Made by a program: the position numbers and the translations under genes | Shown here: positions 29,629 to 37,501 of the stretch, piece by piece | Layout of the letters: each line of letters begins with the position of its first letter | Position numbering within the stretch: the first letter of the stretch is position 1 | Assembly (NCBI GenBank): GCA_965250285.1 | Contig: OZ252299.1 | Location: forward strand, 2,656,001-2,720,000 | From: Myxococcota bacterium | Lineage (GTDB): Bacteria > Myxococcota_A > UBA9160 > UBA4427 | DNA: 64,000 bases | Direction of reading: 5' to 3' | Notes under the pieces: generated by a model | The model's input: the letters and a program-made list of their open reading frames with translations, nothing else | What the model was told of the DNA's origin: nothing | Databases searched by the model: none

Positions 29629-29948
29629 CCCGAGCTTTTTCCCCCAGACGTGGCCGGACTTTGCGCGACTTCTTGCCGGATCCCGGCCCTCGATCGCGCG
29701 TGATTCTATGGCAAACCCGCCCGCGCGCACGGCGACTTCGGCGCCCGAAGGCCGAACGCGTCGGATCTCGTCGGGTATCGGGTGATTCAGATCGCATCTG
29801 TAGGGCGCAACGAAGACGCGCCGACGCGCCGAAGCAGCCCCCCTTCCCTCCCGCGGGGCCAGCGCCTCGGCGTGTGGAGGCGGCGCGCCACGCGCACCGC
29901 CTCCCGCCGAGCGGCGCCGGGGGACGAGGAGCGCCGGTCGGCGTCACG

Positions 29949-30716
29949 TCAGCGCACGCCGCGAAAGCCGGTCCGGCGGAGCGCCGCGTGGGCCCGCCCG
30001 CGCCGCACCCGCGCCATCGTGAAGAGCCCCGCGAACGCGAGGAGCCCCGTCCCGGGCTCGGGCACGAGGAAGGGCGCGACCCCGGGCGTGGGCACCGACT
30101 CGACGACGAAGTCGAGGGCGTTGTCGTCCGTGTCGACGTCGGCAAAGAGGCGAGCCAGGCTCGAGCCCGCCGGCGGATCGATCGCCGCCAGGCCCTCGCC
30201 CGCGAACACCTCGTCGGGGTCGAAGTCGCCGTAGCCGACCGCATCGAGCACGCCGAATTCGTCAGAAAGAACAATCGAGTCGGGGCCATTCTGGAAGTCG
30301 AAGTTGAGGAAGAGATCCGCCTCGGCGACCTCGCTCTCGCCCGCACTCGTCTGGTCGGCCACGACGAAGAGCCCGTCGGCTCCGAAGAAGCCGGTCAGCA
30401 CGAGGGTCGGGCCGGCCGCGCCGTTCGATCCGTTGATGCCCGTCAGCACGAGACCGTCGACCGGCGCGCCGGCGTCGCCGGACAGCTCGACGAAGGACTG
30501 GCCGTCGTCGCTCCCGACCGCGTCGTAGAAGACCTCGCTGATGAGCGGCAGGGCCGTCGCCGCGGGGGCCACGCCGAGCGAGGCCACGAGCGCGAGGAGC
30601 AGCGGTGGGATCGCGCGTCCGCGGCGCCGGCGGGCCGGCGCGGTTCGGCGCTGCATGGCGCGGGCCGGCGCCGAAACCGGCAGCGGGGTGCGGAGCATTC
30701 GGAGTCGCAGGGTCAT
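29949..30716 (-). CDS. Lamin-tail-like domain protein with PEP-CTERM sorting signal
   Basis: Signal peptide, ISEVFYDAVGSDDGQSFVELSG, FQNGPDSIVL, DAVGYG, DTDDNALDF..PTPG, then VPEPGTGLLAFAGLFTMARVRR. Start overlaps the upstream stop; exact start uncertain. Confidence 0.8.
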   Translation of the reverse strand: MTLRLRMLRTPLPVSAPARAMQRRTAPARRRRGRAIPPLLLALVASLGVAPAATALPLISEVFYDAVGSDDGQSFVELSGDAGAPVDGLVLTGINGSNGAAGPTLVLTGFFGADGLFVVADQTSAGESEVAEADLFLNFDFQNGPDSIVLSDEFGVLDAVGYGDFDPDEVFAGEGLAAIDPPAGSSLARLFADVDTDDNALDFVVESVPTPGVAPFLVPEPGTGLLAFAGLFTMARVRRGRAHAALRRTGFRGVR

Positions 30717-32560
30717 GAGTCGTCTCTCCCAGCATGGGTCGGGACCGGGGTCGCGGGGTGATGGATCGGAATCGCGCGCGGCTCGGCCGGCCGCATCGGC
30801 GCGCCGCGCCAGGCGGCGCGCGCGGCGGCCGGCAGCTCGACGTGGCTGCTGAACCAGCCGCCCGTCCAGGCATCGAGACCAGCCGCCAGCTCGAGCGCCC
30901 GGAGTCGCAGCGAGGCCGCTTCGGGGTCGGACCAGTCCGCGTAGGCCGACAGCGCCCGCAGCGCTCGTTGGCGGTCGAAGTAGAGCTGGTTGATCTCGTC
31001 GAGGACGTTGTCGCGCAGGCCGATCACCTGCCGAGCCTCGCGTGAGAGGTCGACCGCCTCGGGCGAATACGCGAGGTCGGCGAAATCCCAGGAGAGCGCA
31101 ATGCGGGCGTCGTAGCCGGTGCTGCGGTCCCAGTTGCGGTCGTTCAGGCGGTTCAGCTGCCCGTAGCTGAAGCTCTCGTCGTAGTCGCGGGTCTGCCCGC
31201 TGCCGTAGTCGACGCCCCCGTGCAGCGTCACGCTCGGCAGCCAGCCGCGCCGCCGGAGCCCGCGCCAGAGGCGATCGATCTCGCGCGGCTCGAGGCCGAG
31301 GCGCTCGAGCGTCCGTCGGTGCACGCGCGCCAGCTCGGGATCGCGCGGCATGCGGTCGGACGTCGCGCGCACGCGCTCGGTGTACGGGGCCGGTTCGCCG
31401 CGAAGCAGCTCGGCCGCCGACGCCGCCAGCACGCGGTCGCCCGCCGCCGCGACCGCGACGGTCGGACGCCCCCCGGCCGGGGCGGTCACGCGTTCGAAGC
31501 GCGCTCGCCTCTCGCTCCCCGCCAGCACGCCGGCCGTCGAAGCGAGCCATGTGCGGCCGTCGACGCGGACGACGCCCGTCAGCTCGGCCTCTGGCGGAAG
31601 AACCGGAAAGACGATCTCCCAGCGCGCTGCATCGTCGACCGCAGCCGCCAGCGGGGGCCCGACCGGTCGCGCAATCGCGCGCCGGTACAGCACCCGAACA
31701 TCGCTGCCGGGCCCCGGTGCGATCACGCGCAGAACCGGCTCGCTGATGGGGCGTCCCGGGATCCGCTGCCGCCGGGCGGGCGACGCGACGATCCCGGCCC
31801 CTTCGAGGTCGAGCCAGACGATGTGGAGTGCGCCGTCGACGACGACCCAGAGCGGCCGGCCGCTCGCCTGCGAGCGGGGACCGAACGCGACATCGGTCAC
31901 CCGCCCCGGGGCGAGGCCGTCGTGAACGCGCAGCCAGTCGCGGCCGTCCTGCCACTCGGTCGACTCGGGGACGGCCCCGATCGTGCGCGCCACGAAGAGC
32001 CCCCCCTCGCCGCCAACCGCCAGCCAGCCATCGCGCGCGTCGAGGGCGACGAGGGCCCGGGCCCCCTGCCCCACCCAGGGTGTGCGATCCCGCGATCGAC
32101 CGGCCTCGTCGACGTGCAGCAGCCCCTGCTCGCCCACCGCGAAGAGGCCGCCCCGTCCGTCGAAGCGCACGCGGGTCGCGGCACCCAGTCGGGCGATGCG
32201 TTGCACGCGGACCGGGCTCTCGGCCGCGAGCGCCATCGGCCCGTCGGTCACAATCACGACGCCCTGCGCGTCGGCGAGCGCGAGCCGGCCACCCGACTCG
32301 ACCGCGACGTCGCGCACGCCGCCCATCGGTCCGAGTCCGCGCACGGTGCGCCAGACGTAGTTGGGCACGGGCGTCGGCACGGCCGCGGTCGGCGCGGCGC
32401 CGACCGAGCCCCCCGCGCAGAGCACCGTCATGCCCAGAGCGGCCGCCAGGGCGAATCGAGTGGCGCCGCTGGGCGCGCGCCCGAGTCGCCGCCGTCTGGC
32501 CGTTGGCCGTGCCGTCCGTCGTCGCCCCGCGACGTGCTCCCGCGCTTTGCATGCTTGCAT
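30713..32560 (-). CDS. Secreted hypothetical protein: beta-propeller-like N-terminus plus TolC/OEP-like C-terminal module
   Basis: Signal-like segment RFALAAALGMTVLCAGGSVGA; repeated beta-strand motifs (LFAVGEQGLL, LAVGGEGGLF, WLASTAGVL); C-terminal WLPSVTL...ARIALSWDF...RDNVLDEINQLYFDRQR...LDAWTGGWFS. Start placed at the ATG just downstream of the putative sigma-54 promoter (track start 32611). Confidence 0.7.
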   Translation of the reverse strand: MQACKAREHVAGRRRTARPTARRRRLGRAPSGATRFALAAALGMTVLCAGGSVGAAPTAAVPTPVPNYVWRTVRGLGPMGGVRDVAVESGGRLALADAQGVVIVTDGPMALAAESPVRVQRIARLGAATRVRFDGRGGLFAVGEQGLLHVDEAGRSRDRTPWVGQGARALVALDARDGWLAVGGEGGLFVARTIGAVPESTEWQDGRDWLRVHDGLAPGRVTDVAFGPRSQASGRPLWVVVDGALHIVWLDLEGAGIVASPARRQRIPGRPISEPVLRVIAPGPGSDVRVLYRRAIARPVGPPLAAAVDDAARWEIVFPVLPPEAELTGVVRVDGRTWLASTAGVLAGSERRARFERVTAPAGGRPTVAVAAAGDRVLAASAAELLRGEPAPYTERVRATSDRMPRDPELARVHRRTLERLGLEPREIDRLWRGLRRRGWLPSVTLHGGVDYGSGQTRDYDESFSYGQLNRLNDRNWDRSTGYDARIALSWDFADLAYSPEAVDLSREARQVIGLRDNVLDEINQLYFDRQRALRALSAYADWSDPEAASLRLRALELAAGLDAWTGGWFSSHVELPAAARAAWRGAPMRPAEPRAIPIHHPATPVPTHAGRDDS

Positions 32561-32573
32561 GCAGCCGTGGTTC

Positions 32574-32588
32574 GCAAGGGCCATGCCG
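32574..32588 (-). promoter_or_regulatory. Putative sigma-54 (-24/-12) promoter
   Basis: Minus strand CGGCATGGCCCTTGC, with correct GG-N10-GC spacing. Nearly identical to the site at 50485. Confidence 0.6.
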
Positions 32589-32644
32589 CGCGGATGCCTG
32601 CCGAGCCTCATCCTCGCGGGCCGGCGGCGCGCCGCGTCGCCATC

Positions 32645-32699
32645 GGTTCACGAAGAGCGTCAAGCCAGGTTCACGCGGCGGGCGCCCGGCCGGTTCACG
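32645..32699. promoter_or_regulatory. Three direct repeats of GGTTCACG (candidate transcription-factor/enhancer sites)
   Basis: Copies at 32645, 32668 and 32692 (spacing 23 and 24 bp) in a divergent intergenic region. Confidence 0.5.
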
Positions 32700-32795
32700 C
32701 GGTGACGGTTCCGGGCGCGCGCGACCGGCGCGTCGCTGCGTGATCGGCGATCGCGGCCATTGACGCTGAATCCCCCCTCCGCTGGAATCGCGCCC

Positions 32796-33761
32796 GTGGA
32801 CACCGCCCTGCTGCAAAGACCGGGGGCCGTCGTCGCCCTCTGCGGCGGTGTCGGCGCCGCGCGATTTCTCCGCGGACTCGTGCGCGTCGTCGAACCCGAG
32901 AACGTCACCGCGATCGTGAATACCGGCGACGATCGCCGCTTCTACGGCGCGCTGGTCACGCCCGATCTCGACATCGTGACGTACACCCTCGCGGGCCTCG
33001 TGAACGACGAGCTCGGCTACGGACTGACCGGCGACACGTTCGAGCTCGTCGATCGCCTCGAAGCCCTCGGGCACGACGTGTGGTTCCGGCTCGGCGACCG
33101 CGACTTCGCGAACTGCCTGCATCGCACGCTGCGCCTCGAAGCCGGCGCCCCGCTCGCGGCCGCCGCCGACGAGCTGCGCCGCGATCTCGGCGTCGCCGCG
33201 CGGCTGCTGCCGATGTCGAATGATCCCTGCCCGACGCGGGTCGAGCTCGACGACGGAAGATCGCTCCACTTCGAGGAGTATCTGATTCGCGAGCGCTCTC
33301 CCGACGGCGTCCGGGGCGTCGATCTGTCGGCGGCCCAAGCGTCGACGGCGGCGCCGGGCGTCATCGAGGCGATCGAGGGCGCCGAGGTGGTGCTGTTCTG
33401 CCCGAGCAACCCCGTCGTCTCGATCGGCCCGATCCTCGCCGTCCCCGGGGTCCGCGCAGCAGTCGAGTCGACCCGGGCCAAACGCGTCGCGATCTCGCCG
33501 ATCATCGGCGGCGCGCCGGTCAAGGGGCCCGCGCGACAGCTGCTCGAGGGCATCGGCGTCGAGGTCAGCGCCCTCGGCGTGGCGCGGCACTACCAGCCGC
33601 TGCTCGATGGCTACGTGTTCGACGATCGCGACGCCGACGCCGAGTCGGAGATCGCCGCCCTCGGGCTCGCGGCCCAGCGCACCGACACGCTGATGGTCGA
33701 CGTCGACGTCGCGGCGGCGCTGGCGCGCACCGCCCTCGAAGTGGCGCTCAAGCTGAGATGA
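32796..33761 (+). CDS. cofD: 2-phospho-L-lactate (phosphoenolpyruvate) transferase, F420 biosynthesis
   Basis: LCGGVGAARFL, VNTGDD, PDLDIVTYTLAG, WFRLGDRD, HFEEY, CPSNPVVSIGPIL, ISPIIGGAPVKGPA. Start re-picked at GTG (track start TTG 32760). Confidence 0.95.
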   Translation: MDTALLQRPGAVVALCGGVGAARFLRGLVRVVEPENVTAIVNTGDDRRFYGALVTPDLDIVTYTLAGLVNDELGYGLTGDTFELVDRLEALGHDVWFRLGDRDFANCLHRTLRLEAGAPLAAAADELRRDLGVAARLLPMSNDPCPTRVELDDGRSLHFEEYLIRERSPDGVRGVDLSAAQASTAAPGVIEAIEGAEVVLFCPSNPVVSIGPILAVPGVRAAVESTRAKRVAISPIIGGAPVKGPARQLLEGIGVEVSALGVARHYQPLLDGYVFDDRDADAESEIAALGLAAQRTDTLMVDVDVAAALARTALEVALKLR

Positions 33762-34438
33762 ACGCGGCCGTCGTCCCGATCAAGAGCCTCGCGGCCGGCA
33801 AGTCGCGACTCGAGGGCGCCCTCGACCGGGCGCAGCTCGAGACGCTGTGCCTGGCGATGATGGAGGACGTCGTCGCCGCGCTCCTCGCAAGCGGCGCGCT
33901 CGACCGTGTCGTGGTCGCCACCCCGGACACCGCCGCCGCCGACGCGGCGCGAAGACTCGGCGCCGAAGCGTTCCTCGGGCCGGACCCGGGCCTCAATGCC
34001 GCCATCGAGTCGGCGACCGCGCGCCTCGCAGACGACGGCGCCACGTTGGTGATGACGGTGCTCGGAGACGTCGCGGGCGCCGTGCCCGGCGACTTCGCCC
34101 GCCTCGTCGATGAGACGCGCGCGCTCGCAGACGCGCGGGGCGGCGCGGCGGTCGGCCTCGCGGCCGTCGCCGACGGCGGGACCGCCGCCCTCGTGCGCTG
34201 TCCGCCGGACGCGATCCCGGCGGCCTTTGGCGCAGACAGTGCCCAGCGGCACCGCGCCGCGTGCCAGAGCGGCGATGTGGCCCTGCACGAGCTGGCGCTG
34301 GCGTCGCTGTCGCTCGACCTCGACCGCGTCGCAGACGTCGAAGCCTTCCTCGCAGCGGGGCGCGGGGGCCGGCGGACGCGCGCCGCCCTCGATGCGCTCG
34401 GCTGGCGAAGCGACCCCCAGGAGACCGGACCGGCATGA
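33758..34438 (+). CDS. cofC: 2-phospho-L-lactate/PEP guanylyltransferase (CofC/FbiD)
   Basis: VVPIKSLAAGKSRL, AMMEDVV, GLNAAI, DGGTAAL, FGADSAQRH, LDLD. Confidence 0.9.
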   Translation: MNAAVVPIKSLAAGKSRLEGALDRAQLETLCLAMMEDVVAALLASGALDRVVVATPDTAAADAARRLGAEAFLGPDPGLNAAIESATARLADDGATLVMTVLGDVAGAVPGDFARLVDETRALADARGGAAVGLAAVADGGTAALVRCPPDAIPAAFGADSAQRHRAACQSGDVALHELALASLSLDLDRVADVEAFLAAGRGGRRTRAALDALGWRSDPQETGPA

Positions 34439-35223
34439 GCGACGCGCCCCCCCATCTCGGACGAGTGCCTGAACCGATCCGCCTCGAACCGCTGCTCGGC
34501 TGGCCGCTGGTGAGCGAGGGACAGGCCCTCGCGCCGCTCGTCGTCGACTCGACGCGCCGTCAGGGGATCGAGCTCGCCGACGGCTTCGTCGTGGTGGCGC
34601 AGAAGGTCGTGTCGAAGAGCGAGGGGCGCGTGGTCGACCTCGCGACGGTCGAGCCCTCGGCCGAGGCACGGGCGATTGCCGAAGAGTTCGCCGAGTTCGA
34701 CAAGGATCCGCGGCAAGTCGAGGTCGTGCTTCGTGAAACGCGGCGCATCGTTCGGCGGGGCCACGGCGTGCTGATCTGCGAGACGCGGCATGGCTTCGTG
34801 TGCGCGAACGCGGGCGTCGACCTCTCGAACGCCCCGGGCGAAGACCTGGCGGTGCTGCTGCCCGAGGACTGCGACGCCTCAGCGGCGCGGCTCCATGCCG
34901 ACCTCGCGGCGGCCGGCGCGCGCAACGTCGGCGTGATCATCAGCGACACCTTCGGGCGGCCGTGGCGCGAGGGGCTCGTCGACACGGCGCTCGGCAGCGC
35001 GGGCTTCCGACCGATCGATGACGCCCGGGGCCGCCCCGACCTGGCGGGCCGCGAGCTGCTCGTCACCGCCATGGCGACCGCCGATCAACTCGCGGCCGCG
35101 GCCGGACTCCTCATGACCAAGGATTCCGGCGTACCGGCGGTCTTCGTTGCCGGCGTCGAGCCCGAGGGCGAAGGCCGACTCGCTGACCTGCTCCGCGATC
35201 CCTCGAAGGATCTCTTTCGCTGA
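34435..35223 (+). CDS. cofE: Coenzyme F420-0:L-glutamate ligase
   Basis: AQKVVSKSEG, ETRHGFVCANAGVDLSN, SDTFGRPWREG, ADQLAAAAGL, DLFR. Confidence 0.95.
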   Translation: MSDAPPHLGRVPEPIRLEPLLGWPLVSEGQALAPLVVDSTRRQGIELADGFVVVAQKVVSKSEGRVVDLATVEPSAEARAIAEEFAEFDKDPRQVEVVLRETRRIVRRGHGVLICETRHGFVCANAGVDLSNAPGEDLAVLLPEDCDASAARLHADLAAAGARNVGVIISDTFGRPWREGLVDTALGSAGFRPIDDARGRPDLAGRELLVTAMATADQLAAAAGLLMTKDSGVPAVFVAGVEPEGEGRLADLLRDPSKDLFR

Positions 35224-35305
35224 GTCGACCGCGCCGCGGGGTGACTCGAAGCGGCTCGACGGAAGGCCTCCGCAATCGGTGCATCCATCCGCGTCGACGG
35301 CCGCC

Positions 35306-35352
35306 GCGCGGATGGCGTCCGCTCGGCGCGGATCGCGTCCGCTCGGCGCGGA
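35306..35352. repeat. Short 20-bp tandem repeat (about 2.3 copies)
   Basis: GCGCGGATGGCGTCCGCTCG / GCGCGGATCGCGTCCGCTCG / GCGCGGA downstream of cofE. Confidence 0.6.
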
Positions 35353-35549
35353 CCGATTGCAGCCCCGTGCGAATGGGTGCCGACCGGCCGGGCCCCTGCG
35401 GCGCGCGACACCGTCTTGCGACACGTTGCTTGCCTACGCTCCGCCCCAAACTCACGAGATTCAACACTTTTCGGCCCAGAACGACACTCACGAGACAGCT
35501 TTCGAAATGCGCCGCGCATGCCGTCGCAGCGCCCAGCCAGGACCTGCCC

Positions 35550-36149
35550 ATGACTCGCACCACGCTCTCGTTCTTCGTCCTGTTCGCCGCCGTCGCGCTG
35601 CTTCCCGGTGCCGCCGCGGCCATCTCGGTCTCACTCGATGCCGACCCGACCACGCCCGGCGTTCAGTCGTTCCTCGCCGTCGACGTCAGCGACGAGTTCA
35701 CCGTCGACGTCGTCATCCAGGACGTCGTGCTGCCCGAGTCGGTGACCGGATTCGTCTTCACCGTCGGCTTCGACAGCGCGGTGTTGACGGCGACCGACGT
35801 TCGCTCGGGGGGCTACCTGCCCGGCGGCATTCCGATCGTCTCGCTCGCGGGCGGGCACGGCGCGCTGCACATCGAGCTCACCTTCGACCCGGTGGGCGGC
35901 GTGGGCGATGGCGTGCTCGCCTCGATCGACTTTGCCCCCGTGACCGCGGGCAAGACCGGTGTTCATCTGACCCACCTCAAGCTCGCGCAGGGCTGGCACA
36001 AGCTCGAGGTCGACTCGGTCTCGGGCATCGACGTCGCCGCCAGCGGCGCCCGTCCGGGCAGCGGCAACGCGCCGGTGCCCGAGCCGACCGCGGCGATGCT
36101 CTTCGCCGCCGGCCTCCTGGTGGTGCGCTCGGGTCTGCGCCGCAGCTGA
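35550..36149 (+). CDS. Cohesin-like domain protein with PEP-CTERM signal (paralog 1)
   Basis: Signal peptide; DEFTVDVVI...FTVGFDSAVL...GDGVLASIDF (cohesin-like); VPEPTAAMLFAAGLLVVRSGLRR. Confidence 0.82.
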   Translation: MTRTTLSFFVLFAAVALLPGAAAAISVSLDADPTTPGVQSFLAVDVSDEFTVDVVIQDVVLPESVTGFVFTVGFDSAVLTATDVRSGGYLPGGIPIVSLAGGHGALHIELTFDPVGGVGDGVLASIDFAPVTAGKTGVHLTHLKLAQGWHKLEVDSVSGIDVAASGARPGSGNAPVPEPTAAMLFAAGLLVVRSGLRRS

Positions 36150-36199
36150 ACATGCGCGATTCGCCAGCGGCCGCGGTGCCCGCCGCCGCTCGGCCCATC

Positions 36200-36232
36200 C
36201 GACGCCCCCGCAGCCTCGCTGCGGGGGCGTCG
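36200..36232. terminator. REP-like hairpin / probable terminator (copy 1)
   Basis: CGACGCCCCCGCAGC-CTC-GCTGCGGGGGCGTCG, a perfect 15-bp stem followed by TCGTTT. Confidence 0.7.
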
Positions 36233-36688
36233 TCGTTTCGCCCCCCACACCGCCATCGCAGGCGCCCGTGATCGCCGCGCCGACCTGCCCCGATGATCCG
36301 GCCGGGTGCGCATCGGCCGGGCTGCGTCGGTTTCGAGTCACCCGTTCGGGTGGGCCCGCGGCGGCCGACCATGGGGCAAACCGCACAGGCCCGCTGCTCG
36401 AACGGCTCCGAAGCCGTTTCGGGTTCGTGCCCCGGGGAACACACGATTGTGACCCGCCCCCTGCCGGCAGGCATATGAAAAATCAATGAACAACCACACA
36501 TTTCGAATCAGAGGCGCACGTTCGTGATACGCTCTTTCGTGCAGGGCCGCGCCGCATCGTGGGCCCCAGCCAAAATCAAGAAAGACCGCATCTCAGCGGG
36601 ATGAGACATCCGGAACGCACGACCGCAGAGCGGATGCTCGCCCACCCCCCAACCCTTGAAAGCATGAAGCTTGGTCAGGAACTGCCGC

Positions 36689-37300
36689 ATGGTCCGTAAC
36701 CCGCTTTCGCTCTTCATCCTCGCTGCCGCCGTTGCGCTCCTACCGAGTGCAGCTTCGGCCATTTCCGTCTCCATCGATGCCGACCCGAACACGCCCGGCG
36801 TGCAGTCCTTCCTGGCGGTCGACATCACGGACGACTTCACCGTCGACGTCGTGATTCAAGACGTCGTCCTGCCCGAGTCCGTCACCGCGTTCGCGTTCAT
36901 GGTCGGCTTCGACGCCGAGCTGCTCGCCGCGACCGACGTGCGTTCGGGCGGGTACCTGCCGAACGGCCAGACCTGGATCACGTTCGAAGACGGCTTCGGC
37001 AACCTCCACATCGAGTACACCCATGACCCGATCGGTGGCTCCGGTGATGGCGTGCTCGCGTCGATCGACTTCGCGTCTCTCGGCAGCGGAGAATCGGGGG
37101 TCGACTTGACGAGCCTCACGCTCGCGCACGGAATGGGTCACCTCGACATCGACTCCGTTTCAGGCATCGACGTCGTCGTCGGGGGACCGAGCGCAGCCGA
37201 CGGGGGGGGCAACTCGCCGGTCCCCGAGCCGACGGCGGCCGTGCTCTTCGCAGCCGGCCTGTTCGTCGTGCGCAGGGGCATTCGCCCGCATCGCATCTGA
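36689..37300 (+). CDS. Cohesin-like domain protein with PEP-CTERM signal (paralog 2)
   Basis: Close paralog of 35550-36149 (ISVSIDADPNTPGVQSFLAVD...ATDVRSGGYLP...GDGVLASIDF); VPEPTAAVLFAAGLFVVRRG. Confidence 0.82.
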   Translation: MVRNPLSLFILAAAVALLPSAASAISVSIDADPNTPGVQSFLAVDITDDFTVDVVIQDVVLPESVTAFAFMVGFDAELLAATDVRSGGYLPNGQTWITFEDGFGNLHIEYTHDPIGGSGDGVLASIDFASLGSGESGVDLTSLTLAHGMGHLDIDSVSGIDVVVGGPSAADGGGNSPVPEPTAAVLFAAGLFVVRRGIRPHRI

Positions 37301-37345
37301 CTCACACCGGGCCGCCCGCTGACGGGTGGACTCGCCACGAGACAC

Positions 37346-37470
37346 GACGCCCCCGCAGCCCCGCTGCGGGGGCGTCTTCGTTTGGGCCGGGCGCGGCCCC
37401 CGAACGGTCCGGCCGGCCAGGGCGGTGCCCCGAACGAAAGCGCCCCCGCAGCGAGGTCGCTGCGGGGGCG
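37346..37470. repeat. Two further CGCCCCCGCAGC..GCTGCGGGGGCG hairpins (REP-like / bidirectional terminator)
   Basis: Hairpins at 37346-37376 and 37441-37470 between convergent genes, with the same stem as 36200-36232. Confidence 0.75.
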
Positions 37471-37501
37471 AGGTCTTCGTCGAACGCCTGGGCCGCGCGG
37501 A

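Noticed and set aside
30717..33590. N-terminal extension of the 1213-aa ORF 29949-33590
   Set aside because: Shadow frame over cofD and the propeller gene. Only the last ~255 aa are protein-like.
35419..35433. CGACACGTTGCTTGC as a sigma-54 promoter for the first cohesin gene
   Set aside because: The near-invariant GG at -24 is GA.
36370..36435. GGGCAAACC... resembles the start of a c-di-GMP-I riboswitch
   Set aside because: Lacks the GAAA-capped P2 stem followed by GACGCAAA.
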